Assembly: GCF_009914755.1 (NCBI RefSeq)
Contig: NC_060940.1
Strand: one strand, 5' to 3'
Length of the DNA stretch: 64,000 nt
Source of the DNA: the human T2T-CHM13v2.0 reference genome, Homo sapiens
This document shows, one piece after another, positions 48,481 through 64,000 of this stretch (its first letter is position 1; every line of letters begins with the position of its first letter). The translations under genes were made by a program, and so were the position numbers. Under the pieces are notes generated by a model. That model saw only the letters and a program-made list of their open reading frames with translations, searched no databases and was not told the origin of the DNA.

Positions 48481-50419
48481 ATAGGAAAAAGTATGCTACT
48501 CAATAGGATCCAGTTATATTTCAGCTGCAATGTTTATTAGCTTTACAACTTTGGATAAGTTATATAACTACATACCATTAGCCTCCTAATCTGTAAAATA
48601 GACACATATCTAAAATACCATTTCTAGAAAAGTCTTGCAAATGGAACTCCTGACACATTCTGCCTTGTCTTCCTTACAAGGAAGGACTGTTTTGCATGTT
48701 GAAGTTTAAAATAAACACAAAAACGCCTGCAGCCAAACAAAGCTGAGGAAATCAGAAGCTAAAATTAATTTTCATTAAGTAAAACAATGGCCAAGAGATT
48801 TTCACTTTCTATTCCTGATTCCTGCTTTCTTCGTCATCTAATAAGCCCAGATTTCTAGAAGGAGAGCTGAGTTAGGCTGTTTCCTTCCCTAGATCCTGCA
48901 GCTGTTGAAATATCATTTTTTTCCTCCCTAGGTAAATCAAATGGTGCTTTATGCAACAGTGAGTTTGGTTGCCAGTTTAGAGGGAGGTGTTGTTCTTCCA
49001 TGAAACCTTTCTGAGTCTTTTTTCTCATTAGGTGCACATAGCAATGAGGCTGACTAGAGCAAGCCTAATGGGCAAGGAAAGCTTTTGGCTTTCAAGCTAG
49101 ATTGTCAATAGGCATGTTTGATATGGCTGCATTTCTGACCTAATCAGCTGCCAGCAGTCTCTCCACCGAGTTCCCTCGGGGCATCAGAGCAAACTATATT
49201 CCACAATCTAACAGCTTAAATCAGCTCCAATCTCAAGGAGCAGGGGCCCGAAGAAAACAAAATGTTGGATGAAGCTTGTATATGCAGAGAAGAACCTTTT
49301 TGATGAGGGCAAGTGTGTTTGCACAATATCTACCCCTTGCCTGAAACCAAACCCAGAGCCTCCGTTGGCGGAATGATGTTTGTGAGAACAGGTGCATCTA
49401 CATTCAAATTAAATCCACAGGTCACTCGGCATTCAGTTATTTTTACTGGAGAACACCCAGTGAAGAACTTTGTCCAAAGCATTGTAAGAACAGAACATTA
49501 GCTTCTCTATGTGTGCTTTGGTCAGGCTTCAGCCCTAGTTAAATATCACCTTCTATCTTGAAGATGCTCTGGCTGTGGCTGCATTTGATTTAGGCACAGA
49601 AGGGTGCATGCCAAGTATTTTTGAATTAGTAAGGATGCTTTCAGGTGTAATTTACCATAAACATAAACAAATTAAATTAAATATGGACAGAATGTACAGG
49701 CTCATAAAAAAGGGAAGTCTACAGTCATTAGGTTTAAGGCATAGTTTTTTTTTTTTAATCAGGATAATTCTTCAACTGCTGTCACCCTCTTAGCTTGCCC
49801 TACTGACTTTGTCCTCATGGTAGGAACATAGTTGAGACAGGTCTAGCTTTCATATCTGAGTGAGCCCTATAAGAGCCTGAGAGAGCTTCTCTTTCCCCAA
49901 CCTTTAAAAAACAAAAATTCCTGAGCTTCACTCTGATTGGTATAACTTAGTTTGCCTGCCTAACTCTAAGTCAGTCATGTTCAAGGAGAATGACCTTATG
50001 CTAATTAACCTGACGGTAGAGTCAATGCCACCCAAACCACACAGCTGCTTCTCAATGAGATAAGTGGATATTGAGGAGAATAGCAGAATTTCTTACATAG
50101 TTACTTATTTTTCTCAAGGAATTAATAGTAGTTATTATTTTTAATTGGAGAGAACTTGGGGATGTGCAAGCTAGATTCTGAAACCAGTTCCATGCTGGCT
50201 TTGAGAATCTCTTCTCAAAGCGAGACATGTGGAAATACAGCTGACACATTCCGATCTGAGAATTATCTTATGGTGACACAAAGCGAGATTTTGAGGGGTA
50301 AGAGGCTCGGAAGAGGTTTGAGGGGTGGCCACTGGAAGCCTTCTGAGAGGGTTGAAGTGTGTGGGATACAGGAAGGTGGTAAGTGTGTGTAGGTGGGAAA
50401 GTAGAAGAAGAGACACCCC

Positions 50420-51200
50420 GAGTTTCTTTATTGATGGAGCATATTAGCTCCTGGCTCACAATCTTTCTTCCTGTCTTCCCTTTTCATCATTCTGGGTGGC
50501 TTACAAGCTCATGCACGTGACTGGTCATTTATTGGAGCAACCACCTTATTTTACCCCCACCTCTGCCGCCCCCTCCAGGTGTTCCCACCCTGAACTTTAC
50601 TCACTGGTGACTTTACCCCTTCTCCACTTCTAAGATATATTTCAAACAATTCGTTCTTACATTATCACTTAATATTCCTTCCCAATCATTCCAGGGCCCT
50701 CAGTGCAATAATTCTTTCATCTTTATAATCCTCCAGCCCATTGGTTGTATCACCTTTTCATTATTCATTAATCTGCTCCTACCTTCTCTTGCCCCCTTCA
50801 TCAGCTTAGATTTCATGACCCATTTTTATAATGACTACCTTTAAAACATCTTAAATCCCAGGCCTCGCTTTTCTTTTATCTTGTTCAGATGGCTAGCTAA
50901 ACATTAGTGAAGAAAAATCAAACAAGCAGACCAACTAGTTTCACTTAAAATTCGTGACCACAGACCTCACGTGCATACTCAATACTGCTCTGACATCTGA
51001 CAGTGCTTCTCCAGGCAGATTACCTCCTATCCTCCAGATGGAAATTTTAGAATTTCTCTACTCTCTTCAAACCTTGCATTCCTGCTCTCCATAATTCTTA
51101 CTCTCAAGTGATGATGTAAATTCATGTATTTTGAGAAAATAGGAGTCATTATGAGAAGTCCTTTATTACCTCACCACAAATCTACCCATAACTGTTCCCT
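50420..51200 (+). mobile_element. L2 internal (ORF2) remnant
   Basis: CCCAGCTTAGATTCCATG-like and TTCACTTAAAATTCGTGACCACAGACCTC motifs; strongly decayed. Confidence 0.5.
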
Positions 51201-51224
51201 CTTTTGTAGATTTTCCTTTTGTTG

Positions 51225-51422
51225 AGATGAGGGATATAGAGAAATGGGAGGAATGGGAGTTAATATTTAACAGATATAGACTTTCAGTTTGGGATAATGA
51301 CGAATTTCTGGAGATGGATAGTACTATTGGTGATACAGCAATGTGAATGTACTTGAGACCACTGAACTCTACACTTTAAAATGATACATTTTCTCTTATG
51401 TATATTTTACCACAATAAAAAT
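51225..51422 (+). mobile_element. L1MB 3' end
   Basis: TTTCAGTTTGGGATAATGA...TTCTGGAGATGGATAG...TATATTTTACCACAATAAAA. Confidence 0.8.
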
Positions 51423-51617
51423 AGGTCTTAATTACAAAGGAAGAAGTAGTAAATTTAGAGTTGAGAACCCATCAAAAACAAACAAACAAACAAACAAACA
51501 AACAAACAAACAGCAGGTGCAGGAAATATCCTCCCTCCATTTTTAGGCCAATCTTTTACAGTCTGGATTTATTGCCTATTGTTTTATCAAAGACTTTACT
51601 CCTTTAGTTAGTCTCCA

Positions 51618-52387
<770 letters not shown>

Positions 52388-52389
52388 TA

Positions 52390-54535
<2,146 letters not shown>

Positions 54536-54677
54536 TGTCTAATTATAAATCCACAATCCCTTTCCTGTAACATCTTATTTATTTACTCCACTTCATAGCA
54601 AAACTTGAAAACATTTGTCTAGTGTTGATAAATCAACTTCTTCATGTCTCATTTTTAAAATTGTATTGAACTTCAGG

Positions 54678-55523
54678 TTTTTCTTTTGTAATTTTTTAAT
54701 TGACATGTTTGTAAATATTTGGGGGTATAATTTAATTTTTGATACATATATGTTGTGTAATTATCAAATCAAAGTATTTAGCATGACCATCACCCCATAT
54801 ATTTATCACTTCTTTGTGGTGAAGATATTCAAGCCTCTCGTATAGCTGTTTTGTAATACACAACAACTTACTATTATCTATTCTCATTCTACAGTGTAAT
54901 AGGACATCAAAACTTATTCCTCCTATCTGACTGTGACTTTGTACCTGTTGATCAGCCTCTTTCCATCCTCCTCCTCTCTCCTCCCCAGTCTCTGGTACTC
55001 ACCATCCTATTCTCTGCTTCTATGATACCAACTCTTTTTTTCTTAGATTCTACATATGAGTAAAATCATGCCTGTCACCATATACAAAAATCAACCCTCA
55101 AATGGATTAAAGACTTAAATGTAAAATCTAAAACTATAAAACTACTAGAAGAAAACATACAAAAAACTCCTTACAATATTGGGCTGAGCATGGATTTTAA
55201 AAATAAAACCTTGAAAGCACAGGTAACAAAAATAAAAACAGACAAATAAGACTACATCAAATTGAAAATATTTTGCACAGCAAAGAAAACAATTCACAGA
55301 GTGAAGAGACACCCCAAGGACTGGCAGAAAATATTTGCAAATGTACATCTGACAAAAAGTTAATATCCAGAATTATAGGGGACTGAAATAACCCAACAGC
55401 AAAAAAACAAAAAACAACCTTCCCAATAACCAAATTTAAAAATGGGCAGAAGACCTTAATAGGTACTTCTCAAAAGAAGACATTCACATGGCCAATATGT
55501 TCATGAAAAAGTGTTCAACATTC
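54678..55523 (-). mobile_element. 5'-inverted L1MA insertion within an L2
   Basis: Antisense L1MA 3' end (54678-55071) fused to a sense ORF2 segment (55072-55523). Confidence 0.78.
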
Positions 55524-55941
55524 TTTCATATTATAATTGAGGAAATGCAAATTGACCTAGTTTCCTTTTCTACAACTTCATTGACACTGTTCAATGTCAT
55601 CATTGCCCTCCCCTATGATGTTGCAAAATGCGGAGGATACATGGGTCCCCATCTTTGCATTTCAGGATAATTTAACACAGCTTACCTTCTGCTCAAGACA
55701 TTTTCTTCTCTGAGCTGCTGTGATACCATATTCTTCTGTTTTTATTTCCAATCTCCCTGGCTGCCTCTTTTCATATTTCTTTATGCACTCACACTTCTCT
55801 GTTTGACCTCTACATGTGGGAGCGCCATGGAACCCTATCCAGATGCTTGTGTCATTTCTGATCCAAATTCTATTCTACATTTATATCTCCAGTTTAGACT
55901 TGAAAGTTGAGCTCTAGACATGTACATGTAATTGTGTGTAT

Positions 55942-56165
55942 CAGGGGTCAGCACACTTTTTCTGTAAAAGGCCAGAGAATAAGTACCTTAGCCTTTGCAG
56001 GCCACATGGTCTCTGTCACAACTATTCAACTGCGTTGAGTGCATAAAAGCAGCCATCACCAATACATAAATGAAAGAATGTGGCTGTATCCCATAAAACT
56101 TTGTTACCAAAACAGATGACAAGCAAGATTTGGTACAAGGGGCTATAGTTCATTGATCCCTGGTC
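55942..56165. mobile_element. MER58A hAT MITE
   Basis: CAGGGGTCAGCACACTTTTTCTGTAAAAGGCCAG...TGATCCCTG terminal inverted repeats. Confidence 0.88.
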
Positions 56166-56253
56166 TATATACATTCTTGATATTCACTCTTGATATTCAC
56201 TCTTGAATAACTAATAGGAGTTTTGATATTAACAGGTTTGAAAGGTTTCTCCC

Positions 56254-56695
56254 TGTGATACTGAACTTGATGTGTCAACTTGGCTGGGGCACAGTACCCA
56301 GATATTGCGTCAAGTTTTAATCTAAATGTTTCCGTGAAGGTGATGTTTAAGTAAGGTTCACATTTAAATCAATTGACTTTGAGTAAAGCAGATTATCCTC
56401 TATAATATGGGTGGGCCTCATCTAATCAGTCTTCTAGAAAGAAGACTGACTTTCTTGGACAAGGAGGGAATTTAGCCAGAAGACTTCCTTCAGGGTCAAA
56501 CAATAACTTTCCCCTGGGTCTTCAGTCTGCTGGTTACCTGGCAGAGTTTTGGACTTGCCAGCCTCTTCATTTATGTAAGCCAGTTTCTTAAAATAAATTT
56601 AAAATATCTCTCTCTCTCTTTCTCTCTCTCACCCCCAATACACACACACACACAACACTATTGCTTCTGTCTCTCTGGAGAATCTTGAGAATAAT
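56254..56695 (+). mobile_element. MLT2 ERVL LTR
   Basis: TGTG...TGTGTCAACTTGGCTGGGGCACAGTACCCAG...GGGTGGGCCTCATCTAATCAG...TCTCTGGAGAA. Confidence 0.85.
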
Positions 56696-58099
56696 ACCCT
56701 TGCAAATCTCTGTTTTGTAATCTTTCCTCCATCTCCACCATCATCGTGATTCAAGTCACTATTATTTCCCACCTATATAGCCTTGATAGCCAATCAATTG
56801 GTTTCCCTTTAATCTCTGCTCCACAGAGTAGTCAGAGTAATGTTTGTAAACACAAGATCCTGTTCCTCTTCTGCTTAAAACTTCTCAAAATAAAACCCAA
56901 ATGTTTTACTAAGATCTGCTAGCATGTGGAGCAGGGAGATAAAGGAAACAGAAGCGTGCTCACCCTCTTAAATGGGACTGCTATTCTTTGGCTCCAACAT
57001 ACACAGCAATGTGGGCCCAGTGTGGCCAGACCTTTTGTTTTCTTTTTAAAATAAAAAGCAGCCATCCAGGTTTCTTTGGTCTTCATAACTTCTCAGACTC
57101 CTCATCGGGGTTTTTAAAGCTCTTTTAGATTTCAGTTCTCTCTCCATCTTTCCAAATTCTTCTCTCCCACACCGCGGTCTGCATTTCTCCCTCCAGCCAT
57201 GGTGATCTAACTGTGATTTTCCTTCTGCATCCGGCTGTTTCTCACCTCCAAGCCTCTGCACCTTCTGTTTCTTGTGCTCAGGCTTCCCTCCACCTCCCAC
57301 CCCTTTGTTCTCATGGTTGATGCTTCTTCTCCTATGCCATGTATTCCATGAAGACGTCTTTGACTCCACCACTTCAAGTTGAGTTCACTGTCCTTCCCCG
57401 GGGCTAATAAAACCGCTACGCCTCCCCATGAGAGCAGGCTTTTATGCTTCCTTTCCATTGTCTCTGCCAGTAGACTGTGGGCTAACTGCTCAAGTACATG
57501 AACACTGTCTTGGATTCCTTTGTGTTCAATACAGGAATAGCCATGAAAGAATTCCAGCCCTGCTCCTAGGTTTTGACCGGTTAACCTGATTAATATGTAT
57601 TGCCACGAGGCCTCTGTCGCTATCCAAGGTGCTGGCCACCTTACCTTGGTGGTTCCAGCCAACCTTCCTTACCAGGGCTAGAGTGTGATCCTCTGTCTGC
57701 TCCCAGTGCTGTGATGCTATCTGCTCATTTAACCTCTATATTACTAGGGTCTGCTACACCACAGGCTGCTGATATTAAGCTTATGCGTTAATACAAGGCC
57801 TCAGTTGCTTATTTGCACCTCTGGGGTCAGTATCTGCAGCCAGATCGAGTTTCTCTGTCCCAGTTCTGACCTGGAAGGTAAGCCCTCTGACCCATTTCAG
57901 CCAAGGCACTCTCTCTTTCTGCTTCTTATGTAAACTACATGCCAATCCTCACACCTGTCTCCACTTGGTTTGAGACATGATCCCAATTCTCACTCCTGAG
58001 AATGTCTAAGAAATAGTTACACAATTCTTTTTCTACTGGAGGAGGTCCTTTGCATGGGAGAAAGTTCAGGTTAAAAGCACATAATTTATTAATATATTT

Positions 58100-58320
58100 C
58101 CTCAGACCTAAGTTTATACCCTAGCTTTATTAATGACTAAATATGCAAACTTGGGCAAGCTACTAATGCCTCCGAATCTTAGCTTCCTCATCTCTAACAT
58201 GGGAATAATAATACATGCCTCATAGTGTTATTAATAAAATGGAAGCTAATGTGTTTAAAATCACTTAGTTCATAAGCTTTTATTGTTTTTTTAAAAGGTA
58301 TTAATAAATAACAGTACAGC
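58100..58320 (+). mobile_element. MIR
   Basis: CTTGGGCAAGCTACTAA...AGCTTCCTCATCTCTAACATGGGAATAATAATAC. Confidence 0.75.
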
Positions 58321-59047
58321 AGTAGTCTCATCCATTGTCCTAGTCTGAGCTGGCCTATCTCTCTCATTGTGGAACATTTCCTACCTTCTCCTACTCTCTC
58401 CTGACAGCTGCTTTTGCTGCTAATAAATCCTGCCTGTGATATCACAATGCATTGTAGCAGCTGGCTCAGAGTCAAGACATCAACACATGAATCAGACAGG
58501 ATGAGAGGAGGATAAGGCTAAAGACAGAGGCTCCAGCTACCTTGGTGACAAGGAATGGAGGAGAAAAGGAACAGGAAATTTTAATAAGATTAGGAGGGCT
58601 TGCTTTTCTGCCAAGTGAGGTGGGTTTAAACTTCTTCCTGTGTTCACTACCTAGTTTGTCTGAGTTAGGCAATTGCTTGAGGGAGAGGTAGCTAATCAGG
58701 AATTTGGCAACCAAGAGGAAAAACTGCAAAATAAATCGACCATCTGATGTTCAGGAAGAAGAAGGAAGGAAAGAAGGAGGGAGGGAGAGTGAACAAAAGG
58801 AGGGAAGGAGAAAAAGAAGCACCATTCCCCTTCCTGACATGCCTGCCTTGGACACATTTCCAGCATGGTAGAAATAGGCTTCCCAAGACTCACACAATTA
58901 AGAATTAGTTTTCTAAAATTTGATGTCCATAAGAGTAAGTTCAATTCCACGGTGGCACCCAAGTCCATTCAAAATATTCCTTCTGAACTTTCCCTCTCCA
59001 TCTCTGGGCACCCCATCTCCATGTGTACATAGAAAGATGTAGTAACA

Positions 59048-59345
59048 GGCCAGGCATGGTGGCTCACACCTGTAATCCCAGCACTTTGGGAGGCTGAGAT
59101 GGGCAGATCACTTGAGGTCAGGAGATCAAGGTCAGCCTGGTCAACATGGTGAAACCCTGTCTCTACTAAAACTACAAAAATTAGCCTGGTGTCCTGGCGC
59201 ACACCTGTAATCCTAGCTACTCAGGAAACTGAGGCAGGAGAATCTCTTAAACCTGGAGGCAGAAGTTGCAGTGAGCTGAGATTATGCCACAGCACTCCAG
59301 CCTGGGTGACAGAGAGAGACTCTGTCTTAAAAAAAAAAAAATAAA
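59048..59345 (+). mobile_element. AluS
   Basis: Full Alu, TSD AAAGATGTAGTAACA. Confidence 0.94.
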
Positions 59346-59529
59346 AAAAGATGTAGTAACAAAGTTTAAGTGTTTACTCAGTGTCAGGTTCTATATCTGC
59401 ATTCTTTCATTTAGTCTTCTCAGCAACCCTGGAGAATGTCCCATTATTATCCTTATTTTCTTTACAATAAAACTGAGGCTTAGCAATATTACATTATTTT
59501 CTACAGTCACAGATTTAGCGTGATGTTGA

Positions 59530-59892
<363 letters not shown>

Positions 59893-60676
59893 AGTAAATT
59901 TTTTTTAAAAGAACAATACTTTATATGTGAATGTATGTATATGTTGCTTAGTATGTATCAGCCTCTGCCCAAGACACCAGGGATACAGTGGTGAACAGCA
60001 CAGAGGTAGAGAGGTCATACAGCTCTTCAAGATGGAACAAGTAGCAAGCAGTAGAATGGGGATCCCAACCCTAGTCTTCAACTTTCAATTTTATTTTTCT
60101 ATTACACTCAGCTGTTCTCCAATTCCCACGTCTTCATATTCAAAGACGCTATTAACCTACCCCATCACCACCACCTGGGGCCTGCAAAGCAAAGCAAATG
60201 GAGTTAGCATCTTTGTAAATACGAATTGTCTGAGTCGGAACTCATCGGACCCAGGGAAATGCCATTCCCTGTTTTTCAAAGAGAGTAGAAATGCTATTGA
60301 TCTCCCAGAGAAAACATGAGGCTCAGAATATAAGCACTGAAGAGCTGGTTCTCGCGCCATGTGATCCGGCCAGGATGATTTCCCTTCATAGATCCTCATC
60401 GGTAGATTGAGAAGGATGGACGAGCTGGTTCCCAGGTTCCCTTAGCCTTTGTGGGAAGAAATGTGTTTGCAGTAGTTCCCTAAAACTATTAGTTCAAAAC
60501 TCTTCAAGACAGGGAGTTTAATGAAAAGTTAGGGGGACAAAAGTTTGACTAACGGAAGCACAGTCTTTTAAATTCCTCTTACTCTGCCAATCTTTTGCTG
60601 ATCAATATGCTGGATCACACTCTAAGGCGTAATTGGCTGCAAGATTCTCCTAAGGGCTTTAAAATTCAGAGCCCAC

Positions 60677-61100
60677 TGGGAGGCTGAAGCTGGAGGATCA
60701 CTTAAGGCCAAGAGTTTGAGACCAGCCTAGGCAACAAAGCAAGATTCTGTTTCTACTAATAAGATAAAATTAGCCTGGCAAGGTGGCACACACCTGTAAC
60801 CCTAACTACTCAGGATGCTGAGGTGGGAGGAGCACTTGAGGCCAAGAGTTTGAGACCACTCTGGGCAGCATAACAAGATGCTTCTCTACTAAAAAATAAG
60901 GAATTAGCCGTGCATGGTGGTGCATGCCTGTAGTCCTAGCTACTCAGGAGGCTGAGGCAGGAGGATCACTTGAGCCCAGGATTTCCAGGCTGCAGTGAGC
61001 TATGATCATACCATGCACTCCAGCCTGGGTGACAGAGTTAGACCCTGTCTCTAAAATATAAAATAAAATAAGAAAATAAAATAAAATAAAATAAAATAAA
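60677..61100 (+). mobile_element. AluJ with an extra monomer (trimer)
   Basis: Two successive left-arm 3' halves with linkers, then one right arm and a (TAAAA)n tail. Confidence 0.85.
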
Positions 61101-61580
61101 GACATCCAAGCTTTATCAGGAGAGAATACACATAGGTAATTGTGTTGGTGAATTTCTGGGGCTTCATTCAATAGAAATTCTTCTACGACAACAGTCATCC
61201 TTAGCTTTCTCTTCTCCAGAGTCTAGGTGCAGGGTAGGAGTTAAAAGCTTGAATTCACACATCAGTCAGGAAAGATCTGCGTAAAACTGTCATCCCTTAA
61301 TTTCTCTTAGCCTGTTTCTAAGGGGATATTTCTATGAGGATAATTATAGTACTTCCCTCTTTGGGTATAGTCAAACCAGTTTATGTAAGTATAGCTTAGC
61401 CCATAGCAGAAAGGTAATGAGATGTTCAACTGATCAATAATGAAGTCTACAGGGTAATAGATGTCCCTGAGCTCCTCAGAATATTGTCATACTGACTTAG
61501 ATAGTTCATTACCACATTCCAGTATTAACATGCTGTCTTAATTGCAGAGAGGCCCTGTTACTAATAACAATATTTAGCAA

Positions 61581-61868
61581 TTTTTTTTCTTTTTTGAGAT
61601 GGAGTCTTGCTCTGTTCCCCAGCCTGGAGTACGGTGGTGCCATCTCGGCTCACTGCAACCTCTGCCTCCCGGGTTCAAGCAACTCTCCTGTCTCAGTACC
61701 CTGAGTAGCTGGGATTACAGGTGTGCACCATCATGCCTGACTATTTTTAGTAGAAACGGGGTCTCACCATCTTGGCCAGGCTGGTCTCCAACTCCTGACT
61801 CCAAGTGATCCATCCACCTCGGCCTCCCAAAGTGCTTGGGTAACAGAGGTGAACCACCATGCCCGGCC
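61581..61868 (-). mobile_element. AluS
   Basis: Antisense Alu, TSD TATTTAGCA(A/C)TTT. Confidence 0.92.
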
Positions 61869-61891
61869 TATTTAGCACTTTCTAACTGGAC

Positions 61892-61892
<1 letters not shown>

Positions 61893-61926
<34 letters not shown>
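61893..61926. repeat. (GA)n microsatellite
   Basis: Dinucleotide run with one interruption. Confidence 0.9.
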
Positions 61927-61929
<3 letters not shown>

Positions 61930-62719
61930 GGAGGTGGGAGAAGGAGGATTTTGCAGTGTGCTTGGCTGGAAAGCCAGCTAGGCAGTAAGAATGAAATGAG
62001 CCATCAGTTTCCACAAGAACTGTTGGTAATGACTCCTTCTTCCCTCCCTTCTGGCTGGCTGTCCATTTTGTTGAGGGCTGGGTTGTTTATATGAGAAAAA
62101 TTCTGGTCCTGTGTTAGAAGGCATGCTTGCTGCTAAAGACAGGTGCTGATAGAACAGTGCAGAGGGCATGATGCTTATGAATGGAGTCACAAAATATCCC
62201 ACTCCACTAACCCTGCCCCACACACCAGCATCAGCTGCTTGATTGCTTATAAGCTCACAGTTCTAGCAGAGATCAGAAACTTGGAGGAGATGTCAGTGGC
62301 TCTGAGAACCAACTCACATTACTTATTTATTTCCCCCCAACCATTGTTGAAGAGTATTTAGCAAGTATATTTCCTGAAGGTGGTTCTTTTTGTAAGAAAC
62401 CCCAACGGTGATTTAATTAAGCCTACATAAATGCTAAGTGGGATTCAAACAGAATGGGATTTGCTGATTTGTCTGTGTTGAAATAAATTCCTTGTTCTGT
62501 TCTAATTGAATAGATTGAACACAGACTGTATTTGTTCTTATCCTGCAGCCGCTTTCACAGGAGCGATAAATTGGAAATGTTATCTGGCTTGATATGCCAG
62601 TTTTTCTGAGAAAATCACTCTGCCAGTGGTGAGAGAATGGAAGAGCTGAAAACATCTTCTTTTTTCAAAGTCATATGTCACGAACCAAGGAGACTCCAAA
62701 AAATAAATTATGGAAGATT

Positions 62720-63560
62720 ATGACCACTGCTGCCAAGGATACAGTGAAATAGGTACATCTTGTATGCCCAGTAATGTTGAAAATTAATATAACCTTATTT
62801 AAAAAGCAATTTGGAGATGTTGAAAGAAAGCCTGAAGATTACCACCATGCTTCATGATTCTATCCAGGTGTCCTACATATGAGAGCCAATTCCAAAGAAA
62901 TAACTACAACTTGGAAAAAACTATATGCATAAAGATGTTCATTATGGTGTTAGCTATAGCAGCAAAACAAAAAAAAAAAAAACACAGAAAATGTTTGCAA
63001 GAATTCCCAAATAGAAAATTATTAAGTCAGCTATGACATTTTCCCAGTAGGATATTCTGCAGCACTTAATATGAAAGTCACTAAGTTTACATGGAAAAAT
63101 ACCTGAAGCATAATCTTAAGTTAAAATAAATCTAAATATACTTATATGCTATAGTTGCACTTTTTAAAAAATATGACAGACAGCATGAAATATCCAGAAT
63201 AGGCAAATTCATAGAGACCAAAAGACAGGCATAGTGGTTGCCACAGGCTGGAGGAAGAAAAGAATGTGGAGTGACTGCTAATGCATAAAATGGGTTTCCT
63301 TTTGGGGTGATAAAAATGTTCCAGAACAAGATATGGGTGATGGTTGCACAACATTGTAATAATATAATAATGTAATAATGCCACTACGTTGTACACATTA
63401 AAGTGGTTAAAATGGTACATTTTATGTTATGTGTATTTACCACATTTAAAAAAATAAAATGACAAAGGATGAAAAATGAAAGTACCTAAAAATTGGACAG
63501 CATTTGTTTTAGGAGGATGGGATTATGGGTGGATTTTCTAAGTTTTTGAAATTTTCTGTA
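62720..63560 (+). mobile_element. Old L1ME 3' remnant with a nested L1MB 3' end (about 63185-63455)
   Basis: GCATAAAGATGTTCATTATGGTG; TCCAGAATAGGCAAATTCATAGAGAC...TTTGGGGTGATAAAAATGTTC. Confidence 0.7.
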
Positions 63561-63739
63561 ATCTTGGTATTAGAGAAAGGCAGAATCAGACAGTATTAGA
63601 ATGCAGCCAAGAAGCCTCGGGGCTGTGATTTCCCTAAACCCCATGCCTTTCTCCAACTACTGTAGACCTGGATATCCAAACCTGGAAACTGAGGCAAAGC
63701 CACTGCAAAGGACTGGACTTATGAGAGAAACAGCAGGGA

Positions 63740-64000
63740 GCGGGGGAAGAGGGGTAGTTAATGAGTACAAAAATACAGCTAGACAGAATGAATAAGGTTT
63801 AGTATCTGATAGTACAACAGGGTAATTACAGTCAATAATAATTTATTGTACATTTTAAAAATATAACTGAAAGAGTATAGTTTGTAACACAAAGAAATGA
63901 TAAATGTTTGAGGTGATGGATACCAAATTGACCCTGATGTGTTTATTACACATTGTATGCCTGTATCAAAATATTCCATGTGTCCATACATACATATACC
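63740..64000 (+). mobile_element. L1MA 3' end (runs off the window)
   Basis: AGACAGAATGAATAAG...GGTGATGGATACC...TTACACATTGTATGCCTGTATCAAAAT. Confidence 0.85.

Noticed and set aside
48970-48995. CTCF-like AGAGGGAGGTG
   Set aside because: Match to the core motif is too partial to call.
56172-56207. 13-bp tandem TCTTGATATTCAC (similar small duplications at 23856 and 45085)
   Set aside because: Ordinary slippage duplications.
57046-57662. 151-aa and 108-aa minus-strand ORFs
   Set aside because: They overlap decayed L2-like sequence and show no recognisable protein similarity.

Overview
Primate, human-like genomic DNA. It is repeat-dense, CpG-depleted and looks intronic or intergenic. I cannot name the locus and I see no credible protein-coding exon. 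The ORF track is explained by Alu, L1 ORF1/ORF2 remnants, LTRs, a GAT/GGT low-complexity tract and chance. Roughly two-thirds of the window (estimated by eye) is interspersed repeats: about 13 Alus (J, S and Y types), L1 pieces, L2, MIR, MaLR LTRs (THE1, MST, MLT1), MLT2 and other ERVL LTRs, and hAT MER elements. Subfamily names are by-eye and approximate. The most notable structures are: (1) a gap-free 174-bp inverted repeat at 94% arm identity with a 71-bp perfect core, made of old MLT1 sequence (17645-18202); (2) a TSD-flanked, poly(A)-tailed retro-insertion of composite non-autonomous RNA inside an MLT2 LTR (23415-23803); (3) a heavily diverged U6 snRNA pseudogene (about 31983-32085, minus strand); (4) two 5'-inverted (twin-primed) L1s, a locally templated duplication inside an L1, and an Alu trimer; (5) several repeat-free blocks with regulatory-looking motifs and possible plus-strand lncRNA exons. 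I cannot demonstrate a new biological system from sequence alone. The homogenised hairpin is the best candidate for something functional.
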